DNA from: Myxococcota bacterium | Lineage (GTDB): Bacteria; Myxococcota_A; UBA9160; UBA4427 | Direction of reading: 5' to 3' | NCBI GenBank assembly: GCA_046583095.1 | Contig: JAYGDB010000143.1 | Span: 2,937 to 66,936, forward strand | Length of the DNA: 64,000 nt | Notes under the pieces: generated by a model | Told to the model about the DNA's origin: nothing | The model's database searches: none | Seen by the model: the letters and a program-made list of their open reading frames with translations, nothing else | Made by a program: the position numbers and the translations under genes | Shown: one piece after another, positions 38,065 through 47,194 of the stretch | How the letters are laid out: the number at the start of each line of letters is the position of its first letter | Numbering within the stretch: the first letter of the stretch is position 1

Positions 38065-39081
38065 ATGACTCACCCGGCACTCCAGACGCCTGTGTGCGAG
38101 ATCCTCGGCATCGAGTACCCGATCATCCAGGCCGGGATGGGCTTCATCGCCCGGAGCGAACTCGCCGCCGCCGTCTCGCAGGCGGGCGGACTCGGGATGA
38201 TCGGGTCTGCCTCGCTCTCACCCGACGAGCTACGCGCCGAGATCCGCAAGGTGCGCGAGCAGACGGATCGTCCGTTCGGTGTGGACGTCCTGTTCGCGAC
38301 GAGCCGCAATCCGGCGGCGGACGTGGTCACGGGCCAACTCGCCCACAGCGTCCAGGCCCACATCGATGTCGTCTTCGAAGAGAAGGTGCCGGTGCTCGCG
38401 AGCGGCCTGGGTGATCCCGGACCGGTAGTCGGCCAGGCCCACGACCTCGGCATGACCGTGATCGCGCTCGTCGGCAATACGAAGAACGCACGCCGGGTCG
38501 AAGCCAGCGGCGTCGATATCGTCGTGGCCCAGGGCTACGACGGCGGCGGACACACCGGCCGGGTCGGAACCCTGTCATTGCTCCCCGCCGTGCTCGACGC
38601 CGTGGATGTACCCGTCATGGCCGCCGGCGGCATCGGCGACGGTCGCGGCATCGCCGGCGTCCTTGCCATGGGCGGCGTAGGCGTTTGGATGGGAACCCGA
38701 TTCGTTGCCAGCGAGGAAGCCCACGGCCACGAGAAGTACAAGCAACGGATCACCGAGATCGACGACGAAGGAACCATCCGCACCCGCTGCTTCTCGGGCA
38801 AACCCTGCCGCATGATCCAGAACCAGACCACCCAGGCCTGGGAGGACCCGGATCTCCAGGCTCGCATCCAGCCGTTCCCGAAGCAGTTCGGCGTGATCGC
38901 CGAGTGGCTCGGCGAGGACCCCTACACCACGGGCCGCTTCGAAGGCAAGGTCGAGACCGGCGCACTGGCTGCCGGACAGTCGGCCGGCATCATCCGAGAG
39001 GTGCTGCCCAGCCGCGAGATCGTGCAGGCGCTGATCCGCGAGACGAATGCCGCTCTCGAACGCCTGACGTCACGACACTGA
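38065..39081 (+). CDS. nitronate monooxygenase / FabK-like FMN oxidoreductase
   Basis: ILGIEYPIIQAGMG and GYDGGGH motifs. SD AGGAGA upstream. Confidence 0.87.
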   Translation: MTHPALQTPVCEILGIEYPIIQAGMGFIARSELAAAVSQAGGLGMIGSASLSPDELRAEIRKVREQTDRPFGVDVLFATSRNPAADVVTGQLAHSVQAHIDVVFEEKVPVLASGLGDPGPVVGQAHDLGMTVIALVGNTKNARRVEASGVDIVVAQGYDGGGHTGRVGTLSLLPAVLDAVDVPVMAAGGIGDGRGIAGVLAMGGVGVWMGTRFVASEEAHGHEKYKQRITEIDDEGTIRTRCFSGKPCRMIQNQTTQAWEDPDLQARIQPFPKQFGVIAEWLGEDPYTTGRFEGKVETGALAAGQSAGIIREVLPSREIVQALIRETNAALERLTSRH

Positions 39082-41724
39082 AGAATCCATCGCCGCGCCG
39101 GGCCGATCGGCAAGGAGATGTCCGATCTTTTCGAGGAGAGCGGCACTCCGGTACGGCTTCTGTATGTAGGCACTGTGGCCGTGCCTCTCGTGTCCATTCC
39201 GAATCGCCGGGAGCGCTTCCTCGGGTGGGTGTCCGCTCGAGAGCAGAATCGGAAGCTCGGGATAATCATGCCGCATGCGAGCGTGCGTTTCGATTCCGCT
39301 GAGGCCCGGCATGGTGAGATCGAGGATCACGAGATCGACGCTGGGATTGGCTTTCTCCAGCAACTCCAATCCTGCTTCTCCATCTTCAGCCGTCTCCACT
39401 TCGAAGTCCGCCGCCTGGAGACGCTTGGTCAAGAGCGAACGAATCGCCGCCTCGTCGTCGATCACCAGCACCCTGTACCCCGAGAAGCTGTGCCGCACAT
39501 CCTCGGGCGCCGACGGGGCAGACGCCTTGCCTGCAGTCTGCCCGACGGGAAGCATCACGCTGAACGTGGTCCCCTCGTTCATTTTCGTCTCGATTCTCAG
39601 CAGGGATCCCTTGTGTTTGTCGAGGATCCCTCGAGTCGCGGCCAACCCCAACCCGTGCCCCCCCTGCGTGAATTTCGTAGAGAAGAAGGGTTCGAAGATC
39701 TTCTCGAGAGTGCCCTGGTCCATCCCGCATCCGTTGTCCCTGACACTCAGATAGACGGTCGGCTGCTGGGCCTGACCATGCTCGAAGAACGCATCCGCAT
39801 CGGGCAGCCGCCTTGGCTCTCCCAGCCCTGTCTCGATCGTGATGGTCCCCCAGTCATCATCTTGGATGGCGTCGGCTGCATTACTCAACAGGTTCATCAC
39901 GACCTGCCGAAGCTCTGCAGCACCGCCACGCACGAGCGGTAGATCTTGATCCAAATCGAAGATTTTCTCGATGTTCTTCGGAATCGCAACCGAGATCAAC
40001 TGGGTCGCTTCCAGTACCAATGACGAGAGATCGAGATCCTCCTGCGCGACGACGATCTTGCCGGCGTACGCGAGAAGCTGTCCCGTGAGTTCGCTGGCAC
40101 GCACGGCAGCGGACTCGACTTCCGCCAAGGGGGGGCGCGCGGGAGAATCCGGGTCCAACTCCTCGCGCGCAAGCTCTGCATTGCCCAGGATCGCCACCAG
40201 TATGTTGTTGAAGTCGTGCGCGATGTTGCCGGCCATGTGTCCGAGCCCCTCGAGCTTCTGGGCTTGGAGCATCGCCCGCGTCTCGTTGCGTTCGTTCGTG
40301 ACGTCGGTAAATCGCCAGGCACGGCCCCTGAAGCCCTGATTCGTCTCGATCGGAAAGCTCTCTATCTTGAGTATGCGACCATCGGCCAGGCCGAAGTCGC
40401 CAGCTCCGGAGTGGTCCTTATCGAATTCCCCGGCGGAACGGTGGTTCAATCCCTCCATGAACGCTCTTACCTTCGGCCCACCCTGCTTGAGCATCTTCTC
40501 GACCGCCTCCGCAACCGCCTTTGGCCCGGCACGCTGCGCCTCCTCGGACACGTTGAAGAGCCTGAAGAAGGCCCGGTTGACGTGGCGAAACCTGCCGTTC
40601 GAGTCGAAGATGACGATGCCCTCTCCGACTGCTTCACTCAAGCCATCGATAAGCAATATTTTTTGCTCTACCTCGCGCGTCTTGGCTCGAAGCGCGGTTT
40701 GATCACGCAAGCGCAGACACAGGCCTGCTGGTCCTGACAGTGGCCCGTGGTTGACCGGGGTAACCTCGATTACGACCCACTTCACCTCTTCGAGCGAAGA
40801 CACGAAACGATGCTCTTCGAAGTCGATGCTCGATGATTCTCTCGACACATCGGAGAGCGAGAAGGTCGGCACGGTCTGCGCGAGCAGATCCTCGACTGCC
40901 TCACCCCTTACGATCTGTCCCGGGCCGAAGAGCGCATGCGCAGCCGGATTGGCCCACTGAAACCGGTGATGGAGGCTGACGATCAGGATGGCATCCGCGT
41001 CGTGGTTCAGGATCCGAGGAAGTGAGACCCGTTCCAATCCGAAGAGATTGCGCCGCTCCACGGCGTACAGGAACAGCGCACAGCTAATCGCGAAGCCGAG
41101 CGCCGTGGGGTCGTAGGTAAAGGGCTCCGGGTTCGCCACGTAGACCACGTTGAGCGCCATTGGAATCGCCGCGGCGCCGACAAGGTAACGGAACTGGGAG
41201 CGAAGTTCGGGGTCGGCGGCGCGCAGGCTCGCCCTCCAGTGATGCCACATGGCCACCAGGATGACTGTGTAGTTGGGGATGGCCGTGGCATACCAGAGTG
41301 GGCCATAGCTGCTTCGCGAACTCGGGTGGATCTCCGTCAGGAATTGACCGTGCCAGGGATTCGTGACGAGACCGATCCAGAGCAGCAAATTGAGAGCAGC
41401 CAGGTACTTCAGCTCGAATTTGGGCGCGACCTTCTCCTCGCCGACATACTCCGAGAACTTGCGTGTGAACAGCCACCAGGCCGGGGCGATTGCCAGCAAG
41501 CCCGTGTAGAGCAGGATCATCCCGATCCATCGGACCAACGCGTACTCGTCTTCCCACCACTGGTTGGCGATCAGGTCGCCCACCGAGAAGACCAGTGCCG
41601 ACCCGAAGAGCAGTCCAAGCCCGCGCGCCAGGGGGCCGGGGGGCCGACGAATATTGATGTAGGTCGTCAGTCCCACCAGCAGTGTGATGGCCAGAGCAGT
41701 AGAGAATGTCCAGGGGAGCATCAT
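39070..41724 (-). CDS. hybrid sensor histidine kinase/response regulator with N-terminal 7TM domain and PAS domains
   Basis: About 7 TM helices, PAS regions, H-box HMAGNIAHDFNN, HATPase DNGCGMD, and C-terminal REC (VLVIDDE...DLVILDLTMPG). Start ATG 41724 is 9 nt after GGAGG. Alternative start at GTG 41733. Confidence 0.9.
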   Translation of the reverse strand: MMLPWTFSTALAITLLVGLTTYINIRRPPGPLARGLGLLFGSALVFSVGDLIANQWWEDEYALVRWIGMILLYTGLLAIAPAWWLFTRKFSEYVGEEKVAPKFELKYLAALNLLLWIGLVTNPWHGQFLTEIHPSSRSSYGPLWYATAIPNYTVILVAMWHHWRASLRAADPELRSQFRYLVGAAAIPMALNVVYVANPEPFTYDPTALGFAISCALFLYAVERRNLFGLERVSLPRILNHDADAILIVSLHHRFQWANPAAHALFGPGQIVRGEAVEDLLAQTVPTFSLSDVSRESSSIDFEEHRFVSSLEEVKWVVIEVTPVNHGPLSGPAGLCLRLRDQTALRAKTREVEQKILLIDGLSEAVGEGIVIFDSNGRFRHVNRAFFRLFNVSEEAQRAGPKAVAEAVEKMLKQGGPKVRAFMEGLNHRSAGEFDKDHSGAGDFGLADGRILKIESFPIETNQGFRGRAWRFTDVTNERNETRAMLQAQKLEGLGHMAGNIAHDFNNILVAILGNAELAREELDPDSPARPPLAEVESAAVRASELTGQLLAYAGKIVVAQEDLDLSSLVLEATQLISVAIPKNIEKIFDLDQDLPLVRGGAAELRQVVMNLLSNAADAIQDDDWGTITIETGLGEPRRLPDADAFFEHGQAQQPTVYLSVRDNGCGMDQGTLEKIFEPFFSTKFTQGGHGLGLAATRGILDKHKGSLLRIETKMNEGTTFSVMLPVGQTAGKASAPSAPEDVRHSFSGYRVLVIDDEAAIRSLLTKRLQAADFEVETAEDGEAGLELLEKANPSVDLVILDLTMPGLSGIETHARMRHDYPELPILLSSGHPPEEALPAIRNGHERHGHSAYIQKPYRSAALLEKIGHLLADRPGAAMDSSVS

Positions 41725-41841
41725 GAGACCCACCTCCGTTGCTGCAACGACGCTCGAGCGGGCAGTTCAGCGGGTGCTGTGAAGGGAGCGTGGGCTGCGG
41801 CAGCTGAGGCGATCCTGAGGGGCACGGCGAACTCCTGGGTA

Positions 41842-41859
41842 ACAGGACTATGACAGGAC
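41842..41859. promoter_or_regulatory. direct repeat ACAGGAC-N4-ACAGGAC (11-bp periodicity) upstream of the hybrid kinase
   Basis: Exact 7-mer repeated at 41842-41848 and 41853-41859, about 120 bp upstream of the kinase start. The geometry is typical of winged-helix response-regulator sites. Confidence 0.3.
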
Positions 41860-42063
41860 TTCAATTTTGTTCGGGCGTAGGCGGCCTCGCAACCACCCTC
41901 CGCAGGCATCACAAAATCTTTGCAACCGCTCACAGACCTGCCAGGTCGAGCGCGGGCTTCCAGAGGGTTTTCACCCCGATGGAGACGGTTTCCGCGTGGA
42001 CATCACCTCGCGCGCGACCGATCCGGCACCTGGCATCGACTGCTGCTTGCGCGAGTCGTCTTC

Positions 42064-43272
42064 TCAGTCGTCTTCGTCGGTGTATGCCCCGGCGGCGGGA
42101 ATCGCGTTCTCTCCGCCGGGGTACGCGACCTCGATGATCTCGTCACGCCCGACGCGACGCGAGCCGTACAACTCGCGCCCCTCGCGGATCGCCGTCGCCA
42201 CGGTTCGGGCGTGCGTAAGCTGCGGGAAAAGGGCCTGCTGATCGAAGTAGTCGCCCGCACGCAACCCGTACTTCCACGCGGGACTGCCGCTGCGCACGAA
42301 CTGGACGAATACCGCGCTTGGCGCCGAGGCCATGTAGGCGCCCGTCTGCTGCCCGATCGCGATGTCGGTTCCCAAGAACGTCACGGGGACCCCGGCGCGG
42401 CGCTTGAGCCAGATCCGGCCACGCTGATAGTCGAGACGCAGCTTGAACTGCGACATGAGGTCATAGCCGATCGCGGAGTCGGTATTGCCACCGAGGTTGT
42501 AGGTTCCGCGCGGCGCAACCTCCATCGGCACCTCGCCGAGATCGAAGGGCCCTATGCGGAGCCGCTGCCGCTCCTTGAACAGCATCGATGTCTCTCCGAC
42601 GGTGGTTCCTACAGTCCGGCCCTTGGGCAGGCCGTTGTACCGAATGCCGATCTTCTTGAGCGCCTTGGCCGATACGCTCAGGCCCGCCGGATCACCCGTG
42701 TCCAGCAGCACCTGGAGCGGCTTCTTGCCGCCGAGGTCGACCTGGATGAATGGGCGGTTTCCGGTGACTCGCATCGGGAGAACGACTTCGTCCTCGCCGG
42801 ACACCGTCGCGGGTACCTCGAAGCGCTTGGCGTCGTAGAAGCGGACGACTCCGGCGTCGAAGTCCAGCTCGACGACGAACTTCGACAGGTAGCGGCCACC
42901 GAGAAGTCCGTAGTCCCATCCCGCGGAGGACGAGTGATCGGATCGACTGGTGTCGACCCAGAACTGGAGATCCTTGCCGAGGCTCGTCTTCCGGATGTAG
43001 GGGCTGCTCTTGGTCCTTCGCACGTTCACGCCGTTGGCGCGGGCCGCTGCCGGCGTCAGTACCGAGCTGCTCGCCCCCGTGTCGAGCCACAGCAAGAAGT
43101 CCCTGTGATCCTCGGGTGCCACGTCGACCGCGACTCGATTCAGTTGATTCGAGAAGCGGAGCATCTCGAGTTCGCCGACGAGCGAGTCTTCCGGAACCTC
43201 CGCTGCAATCGCGGAGGCGGCGAGGATCAGCGAAACGAGTGCGAACAGGCTCGCGATGCCACGAGTCGGCAT
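42064..43272 (-). CDS. secreted protease with two tandem retropepsin-like aspartic domains plus a C-terminal PDZ
   Basis: Signal peptide. Two DTG motifs (LWLDTGASSSVL and VLLDTGDPAGLS), each followed by an IG.D/LG..L..F flap-like region. PDZ region GSPAWKYGLRAGDY. Confidence 0.8.
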   Translation of the reverse strand: MPTRGIASLFALVSLILAASAIAAEVPEDSLVGELEMLRFSNQLNRVAVDVAPEDHRDFLLWLDTGASSSVLTPAAARANGVNVRRTKSSPYIRKTSLGKDLQFWVDTSRSDHSSSAGWDYGLLGGRYLSKFVVELDFDAGVVRFYDAKRFEVPATVSGEDEVVLPMRVTGNRPFIQVDLGGKKPLQVLLDTGDPAGLSVSAKALKKIGIRYNGLPKGRTVGTTVGETSMLFKERQRLRIGPFDLGEVPMEVAPRGTYNLGGNTDSAIGYDLMSQFKLRLDYQRGRIWLKRRAGVPVTFLGTDIAIGQQTGAYMASAPSAVFVQFVRSGSPAWKYGLRAGDYFDQQALFPQLTHARTVATAIREGRELYGSRRVGRDEIIEVAYPGGENAIPAAGAYTDEDD

Positions 43273-43357
43273 ACCCGACGGGTATCAGTTCGGACCACCC
43301 CGATCAAGGAAAACCCGCCTTGCGCGTGTCCTCCCGGGTACGCTCGCGACCTGGGAG

Positions 43358-44686
43358 CTAGCCGGCAGCGCCGAGCCGGGCGGCGGTCCGAGACCTCTGC
43401 CTCACCCAGGCGAGTGCCAGCAGGGCGACCCCCTCGAGCAGCGCGAGCTGCGGTTCGGGTACCGCGAAGCTGCAACCCTCCATCGTGTTGATCGGATTGC
43501 AGCGAAACGTCGTGTCGCCCTCAAAGGCCACCTGGTAGGGCGAAAGGAGGAGGTCGGGATCCCGGTAGTCGGTACTCACGAAGTGCGCGCCGCTCGCGAA
43601 GGCCTGGTCGCGCCGTGCCGTGTCGTTCGCGATGGCCTCCTGGGTTTCGACATCGGCCCGGGTGCGCACGAGAAAGCCGTCGGCCACGAGGCCCGGGATC
43701 TCCGGATCATACGGATCGTTGCGCTTCATGAAAGCGGCTTCCGCGGCTTCGGGCGGTGAACTGGTGAACATCACAGCACCTGCGAGCGACGGGCGCGGCG
43801 ACAGGTAGGTGGCGAGGTAGCTGCCCCCGTTATCGAGAGCGAAGTAGACCTTGCCGCTCGCCTCCAGAAGAGTTGGCCAGCCCTCGCTCAGCACCGCTTC
43901 GCGAAGAGTTTCGTACCCGCCGCGGACGTCATCGGGTGTCAGCAGATGATCCTCGCCGAACACGCTGCGGATTTCCGCCTCGAGGAGGCCGAACATCCGA
44001 GCGCTGAAGGGCTCGGGAACCGCCCAAGGGATGACGCCGATTGGGGGCGTTTCCACGACCACTTCGGGCAGCAGATCGTCCTTGACCTCGATCAGCACCA
44101 GGATGGGGATGTGGCGAGGATTGGCGAGCGACCAATCACGGATCGTCGTGAGGCACGCGACGAGCGTGTAGCAGGTGCTGCGGAAGTCGATGTCCTGGAC
44201 GTGAAAGACCTTGAATCCGTCTTCCGCGAGCGCGGGATCGAAGGGCATACCGGGGAGAGCCGGGTACTCGGGGAGGAAAAAGTGCCACCCAAATGGGTAC
44301 TGGTAGAGATTCTCCTGCATCCCGAAACCGAGGGGCTCTGCGAATACGTCGAGTTCGAACTGGCGGATCCCCATCTCGCCGAGTTGCACATCGAGGCTGG
44401 GGTGCGTGTAGCGCAACCGCTGGACGCAGTTGTCCGCCACGGTCTCCCCCGGGCAAAGGCCATCCAACGCGACCGGTGCATCAGCCAAAACAAGGACCAT
44501 CACGCTGTCCAGCACGGCATCCGGCTGGATGTGATAGGAGTTGTGGCTGCCGATCAACTGGACCTCGTTCATCCGCAGGTCGTCGAGTTCGGGCGGGAAG
44601 TCGTCGACCTCGGCCTGTGCGAGAGAAGCCGGGAGCCCGAAGGCAACCAGGTGCAAGATGAGGGGAAGTCGAAGCCAGGATTGCAT
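43358..44686 (-). CDS. PI-PLC-like (Ca2+-dependent phosphoinositide phospholipase C family) protein with PEP-CTERM anchor
   Basis: Signal peptide, LIGSHNSYH catalytic-region motif, and a C-terminal VPEP-hydrophobic-RQRSR sorting signal. Confidence 0.72.
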   Translation of the reverse strand: MQSWLRLPLILHLVAFGLPASLAQAEVDDFPPELDDLRMNEVQLIGSHNSYHIQPDAVLDSVMVLVLADAPVALDGLCPGETVADNCVQRLRYTHPSLDVQLGEMGIRQFELDVFAEPLGFGMQENLYQYPFGWHFFLPEYPALPGMPFDPALAEDGFKVFHVQDIDFRSTCYTLVACLTTIRDWSLANPRHIPILVLIEVKDDLLPEVVVETPPIGVIPWAVPEPFSARMFGLLEAEIRSVFGEDHLLTPDDVRGGYETLREAVLSEGWPTLLEASGKVYFALDNGGSYLATYLSPRPSLAGAVMFTSSPPEAAEAAFMKRNDPYDPEIPGLVADGFLVRTRADVETQEAIANDTARRDQAFASGAHFVSTDYRDPDLLLSPYQVAFEGDTTFRCNPINTMEGCSFAVPEPQLALLEGVALLALAWVRQRSRTAARLGAAG

Positions 44687-44735
44687 CCGGATCTCCAGCG
44701 GTTGGACTCCCAGAGTCTAGGCGCCTACAGCAACC

Positions 44736-45902
44736 TCAGCTCGAGAGCTGGATCCCCATCAGCGCTTCCATGTTGCCGTGGAAGAACGCGTCCAGCGTGG
44801 CCGGATCGCAGTTCGTCATGCTCGCTTCGAACTTCGCGATCGGGTCTGAGGTGCCCTCGGGATGGGGGTAGTCCGAACCGAACACGAGCAGTTCTGGGCC
44901 GACGTTCTCGATGATCCAACCCACCGGCTCGCCCGCGAACGGAGAGAACTTCAGGTGCCGGCGTACGCAGTCCGACGGCCGCTCGCCCTGCGTGCGGCCG
45001 CGGAATAGCCTGCCCGTGTAGTCCAGCCCCTTCAGCCAGGAAGGCAGCCAGAAGGCGGCGTGCTCCATCGAGACGCCTCGCAAGCCCGGGTGCCGCTCGA
45101 AGACCCCGTCGAAGATCATCGCAGCCAGGAAGATCTGCGCGCTGTTTCCGATCGTCAGGAGGCCAAGCTCGCCCGCAGGCGCGTCGCCGCCCAACTCTCG
45201 CGCCTGTCGGCCGTTGTTCCGGAAACTGGGCGAAACCGCGCGGTACTCGCCGTTGACGGCGACGTGGACGACGAAGGGCACGCCCGCGGCCTCGAAGCGC
45301 GACCACACCGCGTCGTAATCTGGGTGTGTGAACGAGCGTGCGTCGTTGTCGGGCTGGTTGGTGTCGACCATGAACGTGTAGCAGCCGGCCGCGAAGCCCT
45401 CGTCCAGGATCCGACCCGCCTCCTCGGGTCCGAGCGACAGGGGCACATAGCCGACTGCCTTCATGCGCACATCCTGCGCGCAGAACCGGCCCATTGCCCG
45501 GTTCAGCGCGCGCGAACCCGCTCGGAGGATCTCCGGGTCTTCGCTGTGCGCGACCTGGTGGAACGCGAAGGTCGGGAGGATCAGTTGAAGCTCGAAGCCC
45601 AACAGGTCGAGACAGTGAGATCTTTCCGTCGGGTCGAAGGCGCCAATCCGGTTCCAGCCGCTCTTGCTGTTGTCGAGGAGCTTCTCCTCGAACTTCGCCA
45701 TCACCGCGGGGTCGGCGTGACGCTTGGCGAAGAGCTCCCGCCCGCGCGCGAGCCCTGCCTGGCTGACCGGCAGTTCGGTCTGGCTGTCCATCGGCGGAAT
45801 CACGGCCCGCTCCGCGGGTTCGGCCGCCGCGTAGATGAAATCGTCGAGCTCGATGATGTGGCTGTCGGCGTCGATGATCTTTCGATGGGCCGCGTAGGTC
45901 AT
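44736..45902 (-). CDS. amidohydrolase-2 family metal-dependent hydrolase/decarboxylase
   Basis: IIDADSHI N-terminal metal motif and TIM-barrel length (388 aa). Confidence 0.8.
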   Translation of the reverse strand: MTYAAHRKIIDADSHIIELDDFIYAAAEPAERAVIPPMDSQTELPVSQAGLARGRELFAKRHADPAVMAKFEEKLLDNSKSGWNRIGAFDPTERSHCLDLLGFELQLILPTFAFHQVAHSEDPEILRAGSRALNRAMGRFCAQDVRMKAVGYVPLSLGPEEAGRILDEGFAAGCYTFMVDTNQPDNDARSFTHPDYDAVWSRFEAAGVPFVVHVAVNGEYRAVSPSFRNNGRQARELGGDAPAGELGLLTIGNSAQIFLAAMIFDGVFERHPGLRGVSMEHAAFWLPSWLKGLDYTGRLFRGRTQGERPSDCVRRHLKFSPFAGEPVGWIIENVGPELLVFGSDYPHPEGTSDPIAKFEASMTNCDPATLDAFFHGNMEALMGIQLSS

Positions 45903-46046
45903 GCGCTGATTCTATCCCAACTCGGGCCGCGCACCTGTAAGCCCAATCGCAGAGCCAGGGAATCGGCGGATGCCAGAACGGCACGGCAGACGCATTTCGG
46001 GACTGCCGTCTTGAAACGCCCGGGGGACCTGGAGTAGTACTGCGGC

Positions 46047-47132
46047 ATGTCGATGACCGGGCAACTGGGGCTCCAGGGCGCCGCTGCGGCGGGCGCGCTG
46101 TTGCTGGCGACCCTCGCCTGCATGCCGGTATTGCAGGTACCGACGGTTTCCAATGCGGCGGTGGCCGAGGAGGCCAGGCGCCAGCGGGAACTGGCGATCG
46201 AGCTCTATCACGCGCGACGCGTGAGGCTCGCCGGAGTCGCGGCCCGGCTGCGCATCGGCGGGGTCGATCTATGCGGCGAGCAGGTCGGCCCCTACTACGG
46301 GCTGCGCTTGCTCAGTCTGTCCGACATCCGGGAAGACTTTCGAGAGGCCATCGCATCGGTACTGGGGATCTCGGACGAACCGACCGTGGAACTGATCGAC
46401 CCCGGCTCGCCCGCCGACCGGGCGGGCCTCCAGCAGGGCTGGCAGGTGGCCCGGGTCAACGGCCGACCGGTCTCCAACTTCACCGAGGTCGAGTTGGCGA
46501 TCGCCGACGCCGCAGGCGGCCCGCTGAAACTGGAACTCTCCGGCAGCCAGGCCGGCGCGACCGTAGTGGTCGAGCCGGTCAGCGCCTGTAGCTTTCCGGT
46601 GCTGATGCAGACGAGTGACTCCGTCAACGCGTTCGCCGACGGGCGGCGGGTGGTCATCTCCAGCGGCATGATCAAGTTCGTCGAGAGCGAAGACGAGTTG
46701 GCGCTGGTCGTCGGCCACGAAATGGCCCACAACGTGCTGGAGCACGTCCAGAAGCAGCAGGGCAACTACGTGCTGGGGCGCTTGCTCGGCCTGCTGGTGG
46801 ATGCCGGCGCGGCGGCCGCCGGAGTCGATACGGGCCGCACGGGCGAGGCCCTGGGAGCGGCCCTTGGCGCGACCCTTGCTTCGAAGGGCTTCGAGGCCGA
46901 ATCCGATTACATGGGCGCATACCTCGCCGCGCGATCCGGCTACCCGATCTCGGGAGCACCGATGCTGTGGCGGCGCATGGCGGTCGAGCACCCCTCGTCG
47001 ATCCAGGGCGGCTTCATGGCATCCCACCCGAGCACACCCGAGCGCTTCATCGCCCTCGAGCAGACCGTGGCCGAAATCGAGCGCCGCCTCGCCGCGGGCG
47101 AAGAACTGGAACCGCTCCGCCGCGAGCCCTAG
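46047..47132 (+). CDS. M48 family zinc metallopeptidase with internal PDZ domain (lipoprotein-like N-terminus)
   Basis: HEMAHNVLEH (HExxH), PDZ segment GSPADRAGLQQGWQVARVNG, and N-terminal LLLATLAC. Confidence 0.87.
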   Translation: MSMTGQLGLQGAAAAGALLLATLACMPVLQVPTVSNAAVAEEARRQRELAIELYHARRVRLAGVAARLRIGGVDLCGEQVGPYYGLRLLSLSDIREDFREAIASVLGISDEPTVELIDPGSPADRAGLQQGWQVARVNGRPVSNFTEVELAIADAAGGPLKLELSGSQAGATVVVEPVSACSFPVLMQTSDSVNAFADGRRVVISSGMIKFVESEDELALVVGHEMAHNVLEHVQKQQGNYVLGRLLGLLVDAGAAAAGVDTGRTGEALGAALGATLASKGFEAESDYMGAYLAARSGYPISGAPMLWRRMAVEHPSSIQGGFMASHPSTPERFIALEQTVAEIERRLAAGEELEPLRREP

Positions 47133-47194
47133 ATCGATCGGGGCAGACGACTCGCGGATTCTGGATGCCGAGATCGACGCTTCACCCGCGCCCC

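Noticed and set aside
45984-46010. Hairpin ACGGCAG-N13-CTGCCGT upstream of the M48 gene shares its ACGGCAG/CTGCCGT arms with the 1197-1219 hairpin: a repeated element family?
   Set aside because: Only a 7-nt core is shared, the loops differ in size (13 vs 4 nt) and the flanks are unrelated. That is insufficient to call a REP-like family from two instances.
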